From IMG/VR virus record IMGVR_UViG_3300012926_000036, positions 2,520 to 66,519 of that record: a stretch of DNA of 64,000 nt; one strand, given 5' to 3'. The position numbers and the translations under genes were made by a program. Position 1 is the stretch's first letter; every line of letters begins with the position of its first letter. This document shows positions 28,964 through 36,763 of the stretch, piece after piece. The stretch is from a virus. The notes under the pieces are model-generated. The model did no database searches. It saw only the letters and a program-made list of their open reading frames with translations, and was not told the DNA's origin.

Positions 28964-30247
28964 TTAGCTGTTTGCGCCTGCGAATAACTCAGGTTGCCGC
29001 GCAGCGCATATTTGCCACGCTTTTTCCCATGTCACCCCGGCATGTGTCGCCTGATACTCTAATACCGCCGCTTTACACGTCCGGCCAGTATCTAGGTTAA
29101 GCAATGACGTGTCTTTAACAGCCGGTGCTCTACCAACATCTTTATGCGCCCCGGTTACTGTCACGACAGTTTTAAACGCCGCGTTAGGTACCATCGCCTC
29201 GATATGCGCCTTGACGCTCTCAGGGTCCGACATGAACCATTTCCTCAGACCGGCTTTAACCGTTTCGTTCTTTGGTGGCAACTTCCCGGCGTCAATCGCG
29301 CCTTGAATCAATAGCTCGGCTTCACGGTTTACGGCTTCAACCCTTTGCGTTTCTGCCGCGTCGCGTAACGCCTTATTCTCGGCTCGCAGTACTTCAAGTT
29401 CGTCCTGCGAATCCTCCTTTTTCAATTCGTCTAGTTCGGCGCGTACAGTTTCCAACTCGGTCCTGAGCGCCGCCTCTTCTGCTTCTGTCATTGTACTATC
29501 TCCATTGTTAGCGGCGGACCCATCGCCGGTTTGATTTGCTGAAATTCGTTTAATATCCCTGAAAGCCGGGTTGTTCGTCAGAGCGCCAATCGCGCCGCTC
29601 TTAGGTAACCCGGCCGGATCGCCGGATTCGTTCAAGATGAACGTAGGCGAAAAATAACTGTAATCGCGGCCACCAACCGCAGTTTTGCCGGCCCCGGTCC
29701 AATCGAGCTCAAGCATGACGCCTTGATCCTCTTTCCACGTAAACCGTTTCGGAATTGCGGCGGCAGCGCCGCCTTTGTGATCAAAATCGATGTACGGCCG
29801 AACGTTACCAACAAGTAATTGGTCAAGCTCGGCCTGGAGCACATCTGCCGTGCGCTCGGTCACGGTGACACTGATCTGGCGCGGTTCACCGTTAACGCTC
29901 GGGTGAATCGTGGCTTGACCAGCCGGCATATACATAACCTCGGCCGGTGGCTCACCGTTGAGAGGGACCGAATACTCGGACGTTATTAAGAACTGGCTCG
30001 CTGTCGTTATCCCAAACCGTTTACATGCCGCGCGGATTCTGCCCTTGACAGTTGCGAGATCGCCACTCGAATACTTAGCGGCGTTCTTCGGCATATTAAT
30101 ATAGGACCACGCTGCGCGCGCGCGTTCCGCAGTATTAAGAGGATATTTCTTGTTTTTTGGATCTGCAAAATGAGCATCGCTCCCATATTTGCTTACACCC
30201 TCTTTAGGGTTAACCCCTGTACGTTTCGCAATCGCTGCAACTTTCAT
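28964..30247 (-). CDS. Mu-like prohead protease/scaffold with an N-terminal DUF6582-like domain
   Basis: IDFDH, WT..G...YSYFSPTF, ALTNNPAF, coiled-coil scaffold; N-terminal FADP..KYPL.T...RAAWSY. Confidence 0.85.
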   Translation of the reverse strand: MKVAAIAKRTGVNPKEGVSKYGSDAHFADPKNKKYPLNTAERARAAWSYINMPKNAAKYSSGDLATVKGRIRAACKRFGITTASQFLITSEYSVPLNGEPPAEVMYMPAGQATIHPSVNGEPRQISVTVTERTADVLQAELDQLLVGNVRPYIDFDHKGGAAAAIPKRFTWKEDQGVMLELDWTGAGKTAVGGRDYSYFSPTFILNESGDPAGLPKSGAIGALTNNPAFRDIKRISANQTGDGSAANNGDSTMTEAEEAALRTELETVRAELDELKKEDSQDELEVLRAENKALRDAAETQRVEAVNREAELLIQGAIDAGKLPPKNETVKAGLRKWFMSDPESVKAHIEAMVPNAAFKTVVTVTGAHKDVGRAPAVKDTSLLNLDTGRTCKAAVLEYQATHAGVTWEKAWQICAARQPELFAGANS

Positions 30248-31198
30248 TTATGAAATTACCTTTCCGTTAACATGATCCCATCCTTTAACCTCAAGTATCT
30301 GACCGGTATGCGTATCAGTAACCCACCAAGTACAAATCGCGTTATCATTCAAGCCGAGCATAATTGCTAGGCCAGCCGTCATGTCGAGTGGCCGATTCAA
30401 ACGTTCATTTGGCCCAAGATCACCTAGATGCACAGCAGTAACGTGCTTGCCAGTAGCATGACAATACACATCAAAAAGCCATCTGCCTTTTCGCACATCG
30501 GCGTAAACCGCGTCACCACTACCGATAGTTGCACGAAAAATTGGGATAGGAATCGAGATAAACACCTTATCCCGGCCATGCGTGTCATCACCAAAAGCGC
30601 CCTTTAAATCGTGCCCTTTTGAATCCATGTCGCCAGTGTCGTCTGTACCCTCCGGATGAGCCTTACTCGCCGGGTTCCACCCAAACCATGTGCCTAGGCC
30701 CGTAACACTAAACGGCGGCTTAGGAATTATGTGGCTTGGGACAATTCCAATAGGAATCAACCCGGTTGGACGCATAACTGCTGACTCTTGCGCGAAAGGA
30801 GAAGGTGGCGCCGGCCCATCAATTACGGCTGAACCTGATTCTGTGCCCGGAGCTGGTTTAATGCCGTGGTCAAGTCCGCTACCCGATGCTGAAGGCGTTG
30901 ATACTCCGCTCCCGACACCCATACTTGGCCCTTGGAGTCCGTCTGAAACCGCGGATCGGATCCTTGCTGTAAACTCAGCGGCGTTTGCTTGGTCGTCGAG
31001 GTACACGCTGACAGCTGTAAGATCATTAGCGTTACGAGCAGCATCAATCTTAGCCAGTAGTTCCCGGCCTTTTGCGAGTTGTTGTTGATCGATATCATAG
31101 ACTTCTCTCCTTGCCCTGATTTCCGTAAGGCGCGTCTGCCACTTGAAAAACTCGATTAAAGCTTCTAGAGCGGACTGGACTGTAGCCAAAATTTCCAT
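30248..31198 (-). CDS. Lysis candidate: helical N-terminus plus RlpA-like double-psi beta-barrel domain
   Basis: C-terminal GTWFG...GDLGP...RPLDMT..LA..LG pattern typical of DPBB lytic transglycosylases. Confidence 0.55.
   Translation of the reverse strand: MEILATVQSALEALIEFFKWQTRLTEIRARREVYDIDQQQLAKGRELLAKIDAARNANDLTAVSVYLDDQANAAEFTARIRSAVSDGLQGPSMGVGSGVSTPSASGSGLDHGIKPAPGTESGSAVIDGPAPPSPFAQESAVMRPTGLIPIGIVPSHIIPKPPFSVTGLGTWFGWNPASKAHPEGTDDTGDMDSKGHDLKGAFGDDTHGRDKVFISIPIPIFRATIGSGDAVYADVRKGRWLFDVYCHATGKHVTAVHLGDLGPNERLNRPLDMTAGLAIMLGLNDNAICTWWVTDTHTGQILEVKGWDHVNGKVIS
30823..31098 (-). CDS. Embedded out-of-frame lipoprotein (o-spanin/Rz1-like candidate)
   Basis: Hydrophobic stretch and lipobox MLLVTLMILQLSA-C, entirely nested in an alternative frame of 30248-31198. 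Confidence 0.55.
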   Translation of the reverse strand: MISINNNSQKAGNYWLRLMLLVTLMILQLSACTSTTKQTPLSLQQGSDPRFQTDSKGQVWVSGAEYQRLQHRVADLTTALNQLRAQNQVQP

Positions 31199-31828
31199 TT
31201 ACGCGGCCGCTCCCTCAATAGCTAAATCAAAATCTAGCATGAACGATTCATCAAAAATTGCTTGTAACTCCATCTGGGGCGGCATCGCGCCCGGCCACGG
31301 ATATTGTTCAACGCTATCGACAAGCGCATAGATCGGCACGACATCGAACCCGGCGCGTTTGCCACTTCCGGTGTGTACGTTCTTAGCTAAAACACCTTGA
31401 GACGCTGGCCCGTGCGTTTTAATAACGAAAAGCGAATCACTGAACTCGCGAGCCGGTACGCCTTTCGCCTCCGGCACCAGCGGAATGGTTAAGTATTTAG
31501 CGTGCACAGGCGTTATTGTCCCACCGGTGATCTTATGCGCCAAATGCGGGTGCGTATTAACCACCATCGCTACGTGATTATCAATCAAGACCGGTTCCTG
31601 CCACGAAGCCGCAACTTCCTTCTCCCATTCGCCGGAGTGCGGCCCTGACATGTAATGCGACCCGCGCCACGCACCATCGAACCCCTCGTGATACAGCTGT
31701 ACAAAATCTTTAATTTTTTTCGCCGACATCATGAGCAAAGTAGCCGGATCACCGGTAATACGCCCAAGCTCAGCCAACTTCGCCGTAGCCGTATCTTGAG
31801 TAACAGATATCTCAATAAATACACTCAT
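31199..31828 (-). CDS. Phage virion morphogenesis protein (Mu gpG-like)
   Basis: H..GGTITP..AKYLTIP motif; position after the portal gene. Confidence 0.65.
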   Translation of the reverse strand: MSVFIEISVTQDTATAKLAELGRITGDPATLLMMSAKKIKDFVQLYHEGFDGAWRGSHYMSGPHSGEWEKEVAASWQEPVLIDNHVAMVVNTHPHLAHKITGGTITPVHAKYLTIPLVPEAKGVPAREFSDSLFVIKTHGPASQGVLAKNVHTGSGKRAGFDVVPIYALVDSVEQYPWPGAMPPQMELQAIFDESFMLDFDLAIEGAAA

Positions 31829-32061
31829 GCAGCCGCCCCAAGTATCTCAAACTTAATGCACGTCTCTGGGCTCGGATGCCAATACACTTCGGTATCATTC
31901 CAACTAACAACATCGTTTACTCTGAATACATAATTTGTTGCCGGAATAAATAATCTAACCATCCTAAAATCATTTAACCGAACACATAAACATTTCGAGT
32001 GTACGCCGTTAATGAACGCGTTACCACCTCCTATAATCATCCCATAATGTGTCCCAGTCAT
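31825..32061 (-). CDS. Hypothetical protein
   Basis: ATGA-coupled small ORF. Confidence 0.5.
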   Translation of the reverse strand: MTGTHYGMIIGGGNAFINGVHSKCLCVRLNDFRMVRLFIPATNYVFRVNDVVSWNDTEVYWHPSPETCIKFEILGAAA

Positions 32062-32062
32062 T

Positions 32063-32362
32063 TCAATGCGTGTCGGCGGCCGGAATCGAACCGGCTTTAA
32101 ACCTTGGGTCCGGGTTACGTCCTGCCATAGGCGCCGACAATTGTTCCACTTCTTTAAAAGCGTCGTTGTTATGCTTAAACATTTTCAACTCGAACGAAAA
32201 ATGGTCCATCTCGTTCCTTAACCAATCAAGATAATCACCACGACCGCTTGTTATCATTACCTTAATTTTCTTCTTGATTGATTCAATCTCGGTAATTAAC
32301 TGGTTACATTCCTGTTCAAGCTTTTGCCCAATTGCGATTAATTCTTTTTCTTTCACGCTCAT
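32063..32362 (-). CDS. Hypothetical coiled-coil protein
   Basis: ATGA-coupled to the portal gene; its 3' end overlaps a tRNA-like structure. Confidence 0.5.
   Translation of the reverse strand: MSVKEKELIAIGQKLEQECNQLITEIESIKKKIKVMITSGRGDYLDWLRNEMDHFSFELKMFKHNNDAFKEVEQLSAPMAGRNPDPRFKAGSIPAADTH
32071..32138 (-). ncRNA. tRNA-like element / degenerate tRNA
   Basis: Minus strand GTCGGCG...CGCCGAC-A 7-bp acceptor stem and T-arm GCCGG-TTCGATT-CCGGC; D and anticodon arms are non-canonical. Confidence 0.5.
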
Positions 32363-33849
32363 ACTTGTATTCCACTAGGTTCAGTATCTTTTGTCTGTGC
32401 ACTAGGAGCTAAACCCGGAGTGTTCTGCGCAGGTTCAGGTGCGCCAAACTTGGTATCTACACCGATATCAGGAGGTACATACAATTCGTCTTCGTCGCTC
32501 GGTTCTGGTATTGAATGGCGTGGATACATAAAATCTTTGGCAACCGGAACCCGCATCTCTTGAAATAGGATCTTGTCACGTTGCGCTAGAGCGAGTTCGT
32601 CAGTTGGTTCCTCCATTGATCCTTCTATCCGTGGTCGTTCGCTCGTCTCGCCGTAGTTCAACATCAAAATCGCCGGGATGAATTGGTTATTAATTACCGA
32701 CATAACAAAATCGGCTACTCCGTTTAAAACCTTGCGCTCGGTATCCGCATGGATCTGGCCGAGCGCTCGGTTCCCCCCGGATTGGCGGACAGAGCTTGTT
32801 AACGTCTGTCCTAAAATTATTATATCGCATTGTTCGTCAGCATCCCCCGTCAAAACCCGTTGTGGCAACATCGACCCGATGCTCGACTTTGATTCTAGTA
32901 ACTCAACTTTTGCGCCAGCCGGGAACACACCCCAATTTGCGTACCCCATTTGTTCAAGCATTGAACACAACGAATTAAACGTTGTAACATCACCCGGGGT
33001 ATACTCAGCCATGCGCATAGGTGTCCCGAACATCTGGCAAAACGTCATGAACCATTTCAGGCCGTACTTATGCGCTAACCAGTACGGTGTCAGTGAACGC
33101 AACATGGCCGATAACGTCGGATGATTGCTATACCCCTTAAATACACCAACCAAGAATTTGTCATCAGGAAACTGCGCAAGCGATTCCCAGGTAAACGCAA
33201 GGTTACCTAACGGATTCAACATTAACTGATCCGGCTTATCCGGCGCTAGTCCGTACCCGTAAAACCGTGCCGGAATCTTGCGGGTACATTTCGGAACCAC
33301 CTCGCCGTCTCGTATTGTCCAATAAATTTCCGAGATCGAAAACCCGCATGGAATAGCGTCAACCAGATCTTTAACCATTGAACTAAAATCCGATTGATCT
33401 AATGTAGGATCACCTTCCATTCCAAAAAGCGCGCGCTCAACAAGATCAGCTTTCTCTTGAGCGGACTTGCTTGTGCCAGCACCCTTAGCGTTAAACGCTT
33501 TTATTCCCCACGGCAAATTAGCCACGTCACGCTTTAAACTAAGCAAGTTTTTCTGCAACCGCGGCCATTCATCAACCATTTTCTGGAATAACCGTTCTTG
33601 CCAGACGAGGTTACCGACAACCGCCTGTTTAAGAATGTTAGCCAGTTGATCAGGTTTAATCTCTCCCCATAGCTGGTAAAGTAACCGATCCCGGTTTTCG
33701 ATCTGAATAATGCCTGGACTAATCCCGGAAGACGCAACTAATTTACCTTCAGCCGCATGACCGTTACCGACCGGGTACCCGGATTCTGCACTCTGTACCC
33801 TTGACTTATCTAAACTAGGAATTTTAGATTTACGCGGCATTTTACTCAT
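32359..33849 (-). CDS. Portal protein, Mu gp29/DUF935 family
   Basis: DAIPCGFSISEIYW, W..FCQMFGTPMR, ILGQTLTS...ALGQIH; ATG 33849 overlaps the upstream stop (ATGA). Confidence 0.9.
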   Translation of the reverse strand: MSKMPRKSKIPSLDKSRVQSAESGYPVGNGHAAEGKLVASSGISPGIIQIENRDRLLYQLWGEIKPDQLANILKQAVVGNLVWQERLFQKMVDEWPRLQKNLLSLKRDVANLPWGIKAFNAKGAGTSKSAQEKADLVERALFGMEGDPTLDQSDFSSMVKDLVDAIPCGFSISEIYWTIRDGEVVPKCTRKIPARFYGYGLAPDKPDQLMLNPLGNLAFTWESLAQFPDDKFLVGVFKGYSNHPTLSAMLRSLTPYWLAHKYGLKWFMTFCQMFGTPMRMAEYTPGDVTTFNSLCSMLEQMGYANWGVFPAGAKVELLESKSSIGSMLPQRVLTGDADEQCDIIILGQTLTSSVRQSGGNRALGQIHADTERKVLNGVADFVMSVINNQFIPAILMLNYGETSERPRIEGSMEEPTDELALAQRDKILFQEMRVPVAKDFMYPRHSIPEPSDEDELYVPPDIGVDTKFGAPEPAQNTPGLAPSAQTKDTEPSGIQV

Positions 33850-36617
33850 TGAACAGTAAACGTTGTCGGAGAACTCGTGAACGGCCACGATAGAATCACA
33901 ACCACGGTCGGCGATCCCCACGGCACCCATTGGCTGCCCTCAGTCAAAACTTGGCCATTAGCTTTCACTGTGTTCCATTGGTTAGCGCCAGGCGCTGGCC
34001 AGGATACACGAGCTTTTACCGTGCCGGCCCCGTTTAGCGCTACCGTGGCATTGGACGGCAACCCGCCATTGGTGAGGCTATACGTGCCACTGACATTCTG
34101 GTACCCAGGATCGCTGTAATTTGGATCGACGTAGACTGGTGTCGGTGGCGGCGCCGCCTGGTTAACGAACGTCACAACGCTCTGAGCTGGTACCGTATAC
34201 GCGAATTGGCCATTAGTGACCGTCACCGCCGCCTGGCTCGCTAGTGATTGACTCGCAGACGTCACCCACGGCGTGACGCTCGAGGCGCTTAACCCATTTA
34301 GGCCAAACGTCGTCGGTACGTCTGCGGTACCGTCATTGATCGCTACAATCGCGAATGATGCGCCGCTCTTGTACGCGCTAACCAGTAAAGCTGGGTCAGC
34401 AGTCACCCCGACCATATTCCAGCCTGGGCGCACGAACTTAGCGAAATTCCCTTCCGTGTACAGTCTCTTAGCTGGGTTACCTGAATGATCCGTGAGCCCT
34501 TCATTGTCGCTATTTGCGCTGATCAGCCACCAATAATTCCAGGCATTTATGCCCGCCATCATGAACTGGTGAATGTTTGTCGCCCAGCGTAACCCGTTAG
34601 CGATACTCGGATCGAAAGATTCGAAGCTTGACACCTCTGTTTCCCAGACTGGTTTCCCGCCCGCGACAGGCCCGATAGTGCCAGAATAATCGTGCCCGCC
34701 TAGGATATCCACGAGCCCGTTTGTCCCAGAGTCCGCTAACGTGGAGCTGGCTAGATCGAAGCTCCATTTGGTTTCTTCCGGCAGAATGATCTTGACGGCT
34801 GTTTGCCCAGCTGTGTTCAAGGCGTTGCGAAGCAGGGGTATGAAGCTGTGAAAATTGTCTGCGGTCCACAAGCAGGACGCGTAGCTCGCGGTCCAGTCAG
34901 GCTCATTCTGGATACTGACCGCGTAAAGATTCACGCCATTGGCCGCCATCATTTTCGCGTACGCCGCTATCGAATTCGCCCAAGCCTGGTAATCGGCTGG
35001 CAAAAGGTATCCGCCATTGTTTTCGTCGTTATTGGTCTTCCACGCTGCTGGTGGGCTCCAGGGCGTAGCCCAAACTTTAGCGCCTTGAGCCTGAGCGAGT
35101 TGGGCGCTGACAAGCTCGCTCTGCGGGATTGTGCCATCCGCCAGTATCCGGGTCCTGATAAGCGATAGCCCCACCCCGTTTGAGGCAGAGAAGAACATTT
35201 GGGCTTGCGCTTGGGTAAGTGTCGCACCGGTCCACGCTATTGCTGCGCCCCATCCGTCAACCTTCTGCTTGACATCGTTCCCATTGATCGTGTTTTTCGC
35301 TGTAGGCGTAGGCGTAGGCGTTGGAGTAGGTGCAGGCGCAGCAGACGCTATGTACGCTACAGGCTCGCTCGTGACTGGCGTACTGATAACCACGACCTGA
35401 TCTTGCCATTGGCTCCACTCATAACTGGCAAGTGCGCGCGATGCCCCGCTCACTAGGTTCAATGACGATACGCTCTCCGTATTCGGATGTGTCCAGCTCA
35501 AGCGTCCCATACGCGAACTCGTGGCCGGATAAATGTCGCCCTCCCAAGCTACGCCAATCGCAGTATCGCCTTTCGCGAAACTGAATCCGTAAAAGTGCGT
35601 AAAATCGAAATTCGGATCTGAGTACTGCGGGTTTACGTACACGCCGCCAATCGGCGAGAAACCGGCCATGGTGAGCGCCACGCGCTTGACGACAGCCTCC
35701 GCTGATTTGCCTTGGATGCCGAACATTTCGCTGCCGTTATCGGCAAATTCGTAAATAAAGCTGTACGCAACACCGAGCCCTTCTGAGAGCAGGATGCGCC
35801 GAGCCAAATTTAGGCCTTGCTCGTAAAAAGGGTACTCGTTCCCATCGCCCCAGAAACCCCATTCAGTATCCCATCTGGGTTTGGTGTCATGCTGTTTCCA
35901 GCCAGTACAGAAATCTTGGAACGTTGAGTATGGCGGTTCGTACACCAGGTTATCCGCTGGATGCGGCGGGAACCCGGAAAACGCTGGCTGATATGGGTGC
36001 GCTGTCCCGCCGTCGTACTGCGCGCCGGCCGCCATCATTGTGAAATCGTCCCCAGCTTGCGCCCCGAGCCCGATAACGGTCATGCTCGGGTTCGCTGCGT
36101 GAATCGATGCCGTACACGCCGAGAGTAACGCAGCGTACTTAGATTGCCAGCCGCTCCCTTCTTTCTGCGCGTAATCGTTGTTCGGTTCGTTAACAATCTC
36201 AATCGCTTGACATTGCGGATAATTCTTGAGTTGCCCAGCGAGCCAGCCTGCGGCCGCAGCGAACCCGGCCTGGTCATACGGATCGGTGTACCCAGCCCCA
36301 TACCCGTAAGCCATGTCGACATCAACTTTCAGCCCGTTCTGGCCAGCAATTGTAACCCAGTTAATCCACCATTGTGGCAACGAATAAGAGCCGTGCACTG
36401 ATTCGATATCGCCCCAAGTCAGATCATCGCGGACCCAGCCAAATCCATCCGCTGCGATCTGTGGAATATTCGATGCCGGGTACCCTTGCGCGAAATGCGC
36501 GCACACGCCTAAATGGCTATCTGCCGCGTATATTCTAAGGGGCGATACGCCATCAGCAACGAGCGCCAGTTGCACCCCAGTAATCAGCATCCGAGCTAAC
36601 AAAAGTAATGGCTTCAT
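33846..36617 (-). CDS. Secreted bimodular glycoside hydrolase: clan GH-A (GH5/GH39-like) domain plus GH30 xylanase-like domain
   Basis: Signal peptide; domain 1 WVRDD..W, EIVNEPN, WDTEWG; PT linker; domain 2 ATPWSPPAAWK, SIQNEPD, WETEVS, NAWNYWW, FAKFVRPG. Confidence 0.85.
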   Translation of the reverse strand: MKPLLLLARMLITGVQLALVADGVSPLRIYAADSHLGVCAHFAQGYPASNIPQIAADGFGWVRDDLTWGDIESVHGSYSLPQWWINWVTIAGQNGLKVDVDMAYGYGAGYTDPYDQAGFAAAAGWLAGQLKNYPQCQAIEIVNEPNNDYAQKEGSGWQSKYAALLSACTASIHAANPSMTVIGLGAQAGDDFTMMAAGAQYDGGTAHPYQPAFSGFPPHPADNLVYEPPYSTFQDFCTGWKQHDTKPRWDTEWGFWGDGNEYPFYEQGLNLARRILLSEGLGVAYSFIYEFADNGSEMFGIQGKSAEAVVKRVALTMAGFSPIGGVYVNPQYSDPNFDFTHFYGFSFAKGDTAIGVAWEGDIYPATSSRMGRLSWTHPNTESVSSLNLVSGASRALASYEWSQWQDQVVVISTPVTSEPVAYIASAAPAPTPTPTPTPTAKNTINGNDVKQKVDGWGAAIAWTGATLTQAQAQMFFSASNGVGLSLIRTRILADGTIPQSELVSAQLAQAQGAKVWATPWSPPAAWKTNNDENNGGYLLPADYQAWANSIAAYAKMMAANGVNLYAVSIQNEPDWTASYASCLWTADNFHSFIPLLRNALNTAGQTAVKIILPEETKWSFDLASSTLADSGTNGLVDILGGHDYSGTIGPVAGGKPVWETEVSSFESFDPSIANGLRWATNIHQFMMAGINAWNYWWLISANSDNEGLTDHSGNPAKRLYTEGNFAKFVRPGWNMVGVTADPALLVSAYKSGASFAIVAINDGTADVPTTFGLNGLSASSVTPWVTSASQSLASQAAVTVTNGQFAYTVPAQSVVTFVNQAAPPPTPVYVDPNYSDPGYQNVSGTYSLTNGGLPSNATVALNGAGTVKARVSWPAPGANQWNTVKANGQVLTEGSQWVPWGSPTVVVILSWPFTSSPTTFTVQ

Positions 36618-36763
36618 GGTCCGGGTTGTTGATCAGTCTCCGATCCCTCCTCGTACGGTTCTTGTTCAGGTGGCGGAGTCGGTGGCACTAAGGACGGATT
36701 AAAGTCAGGTTCCTGACTAGGAGAAGGCGGCGGAATCGGCGGGAATGGATCACCGTTACTCAT
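36614..36763 (-). CDS. Pro/Glu-rich 49-aa peptide
   Basis: Manual translation MSNGDPFPPIPPPSPSQEP...; ATGA overlaps on both sides. Confidence 0.45.
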   Translation of the reverse strand: MSNGDPFPPIPPPSPSQEPDFNPSLVPPTPPPEQEPYEEGSETDQQPGP

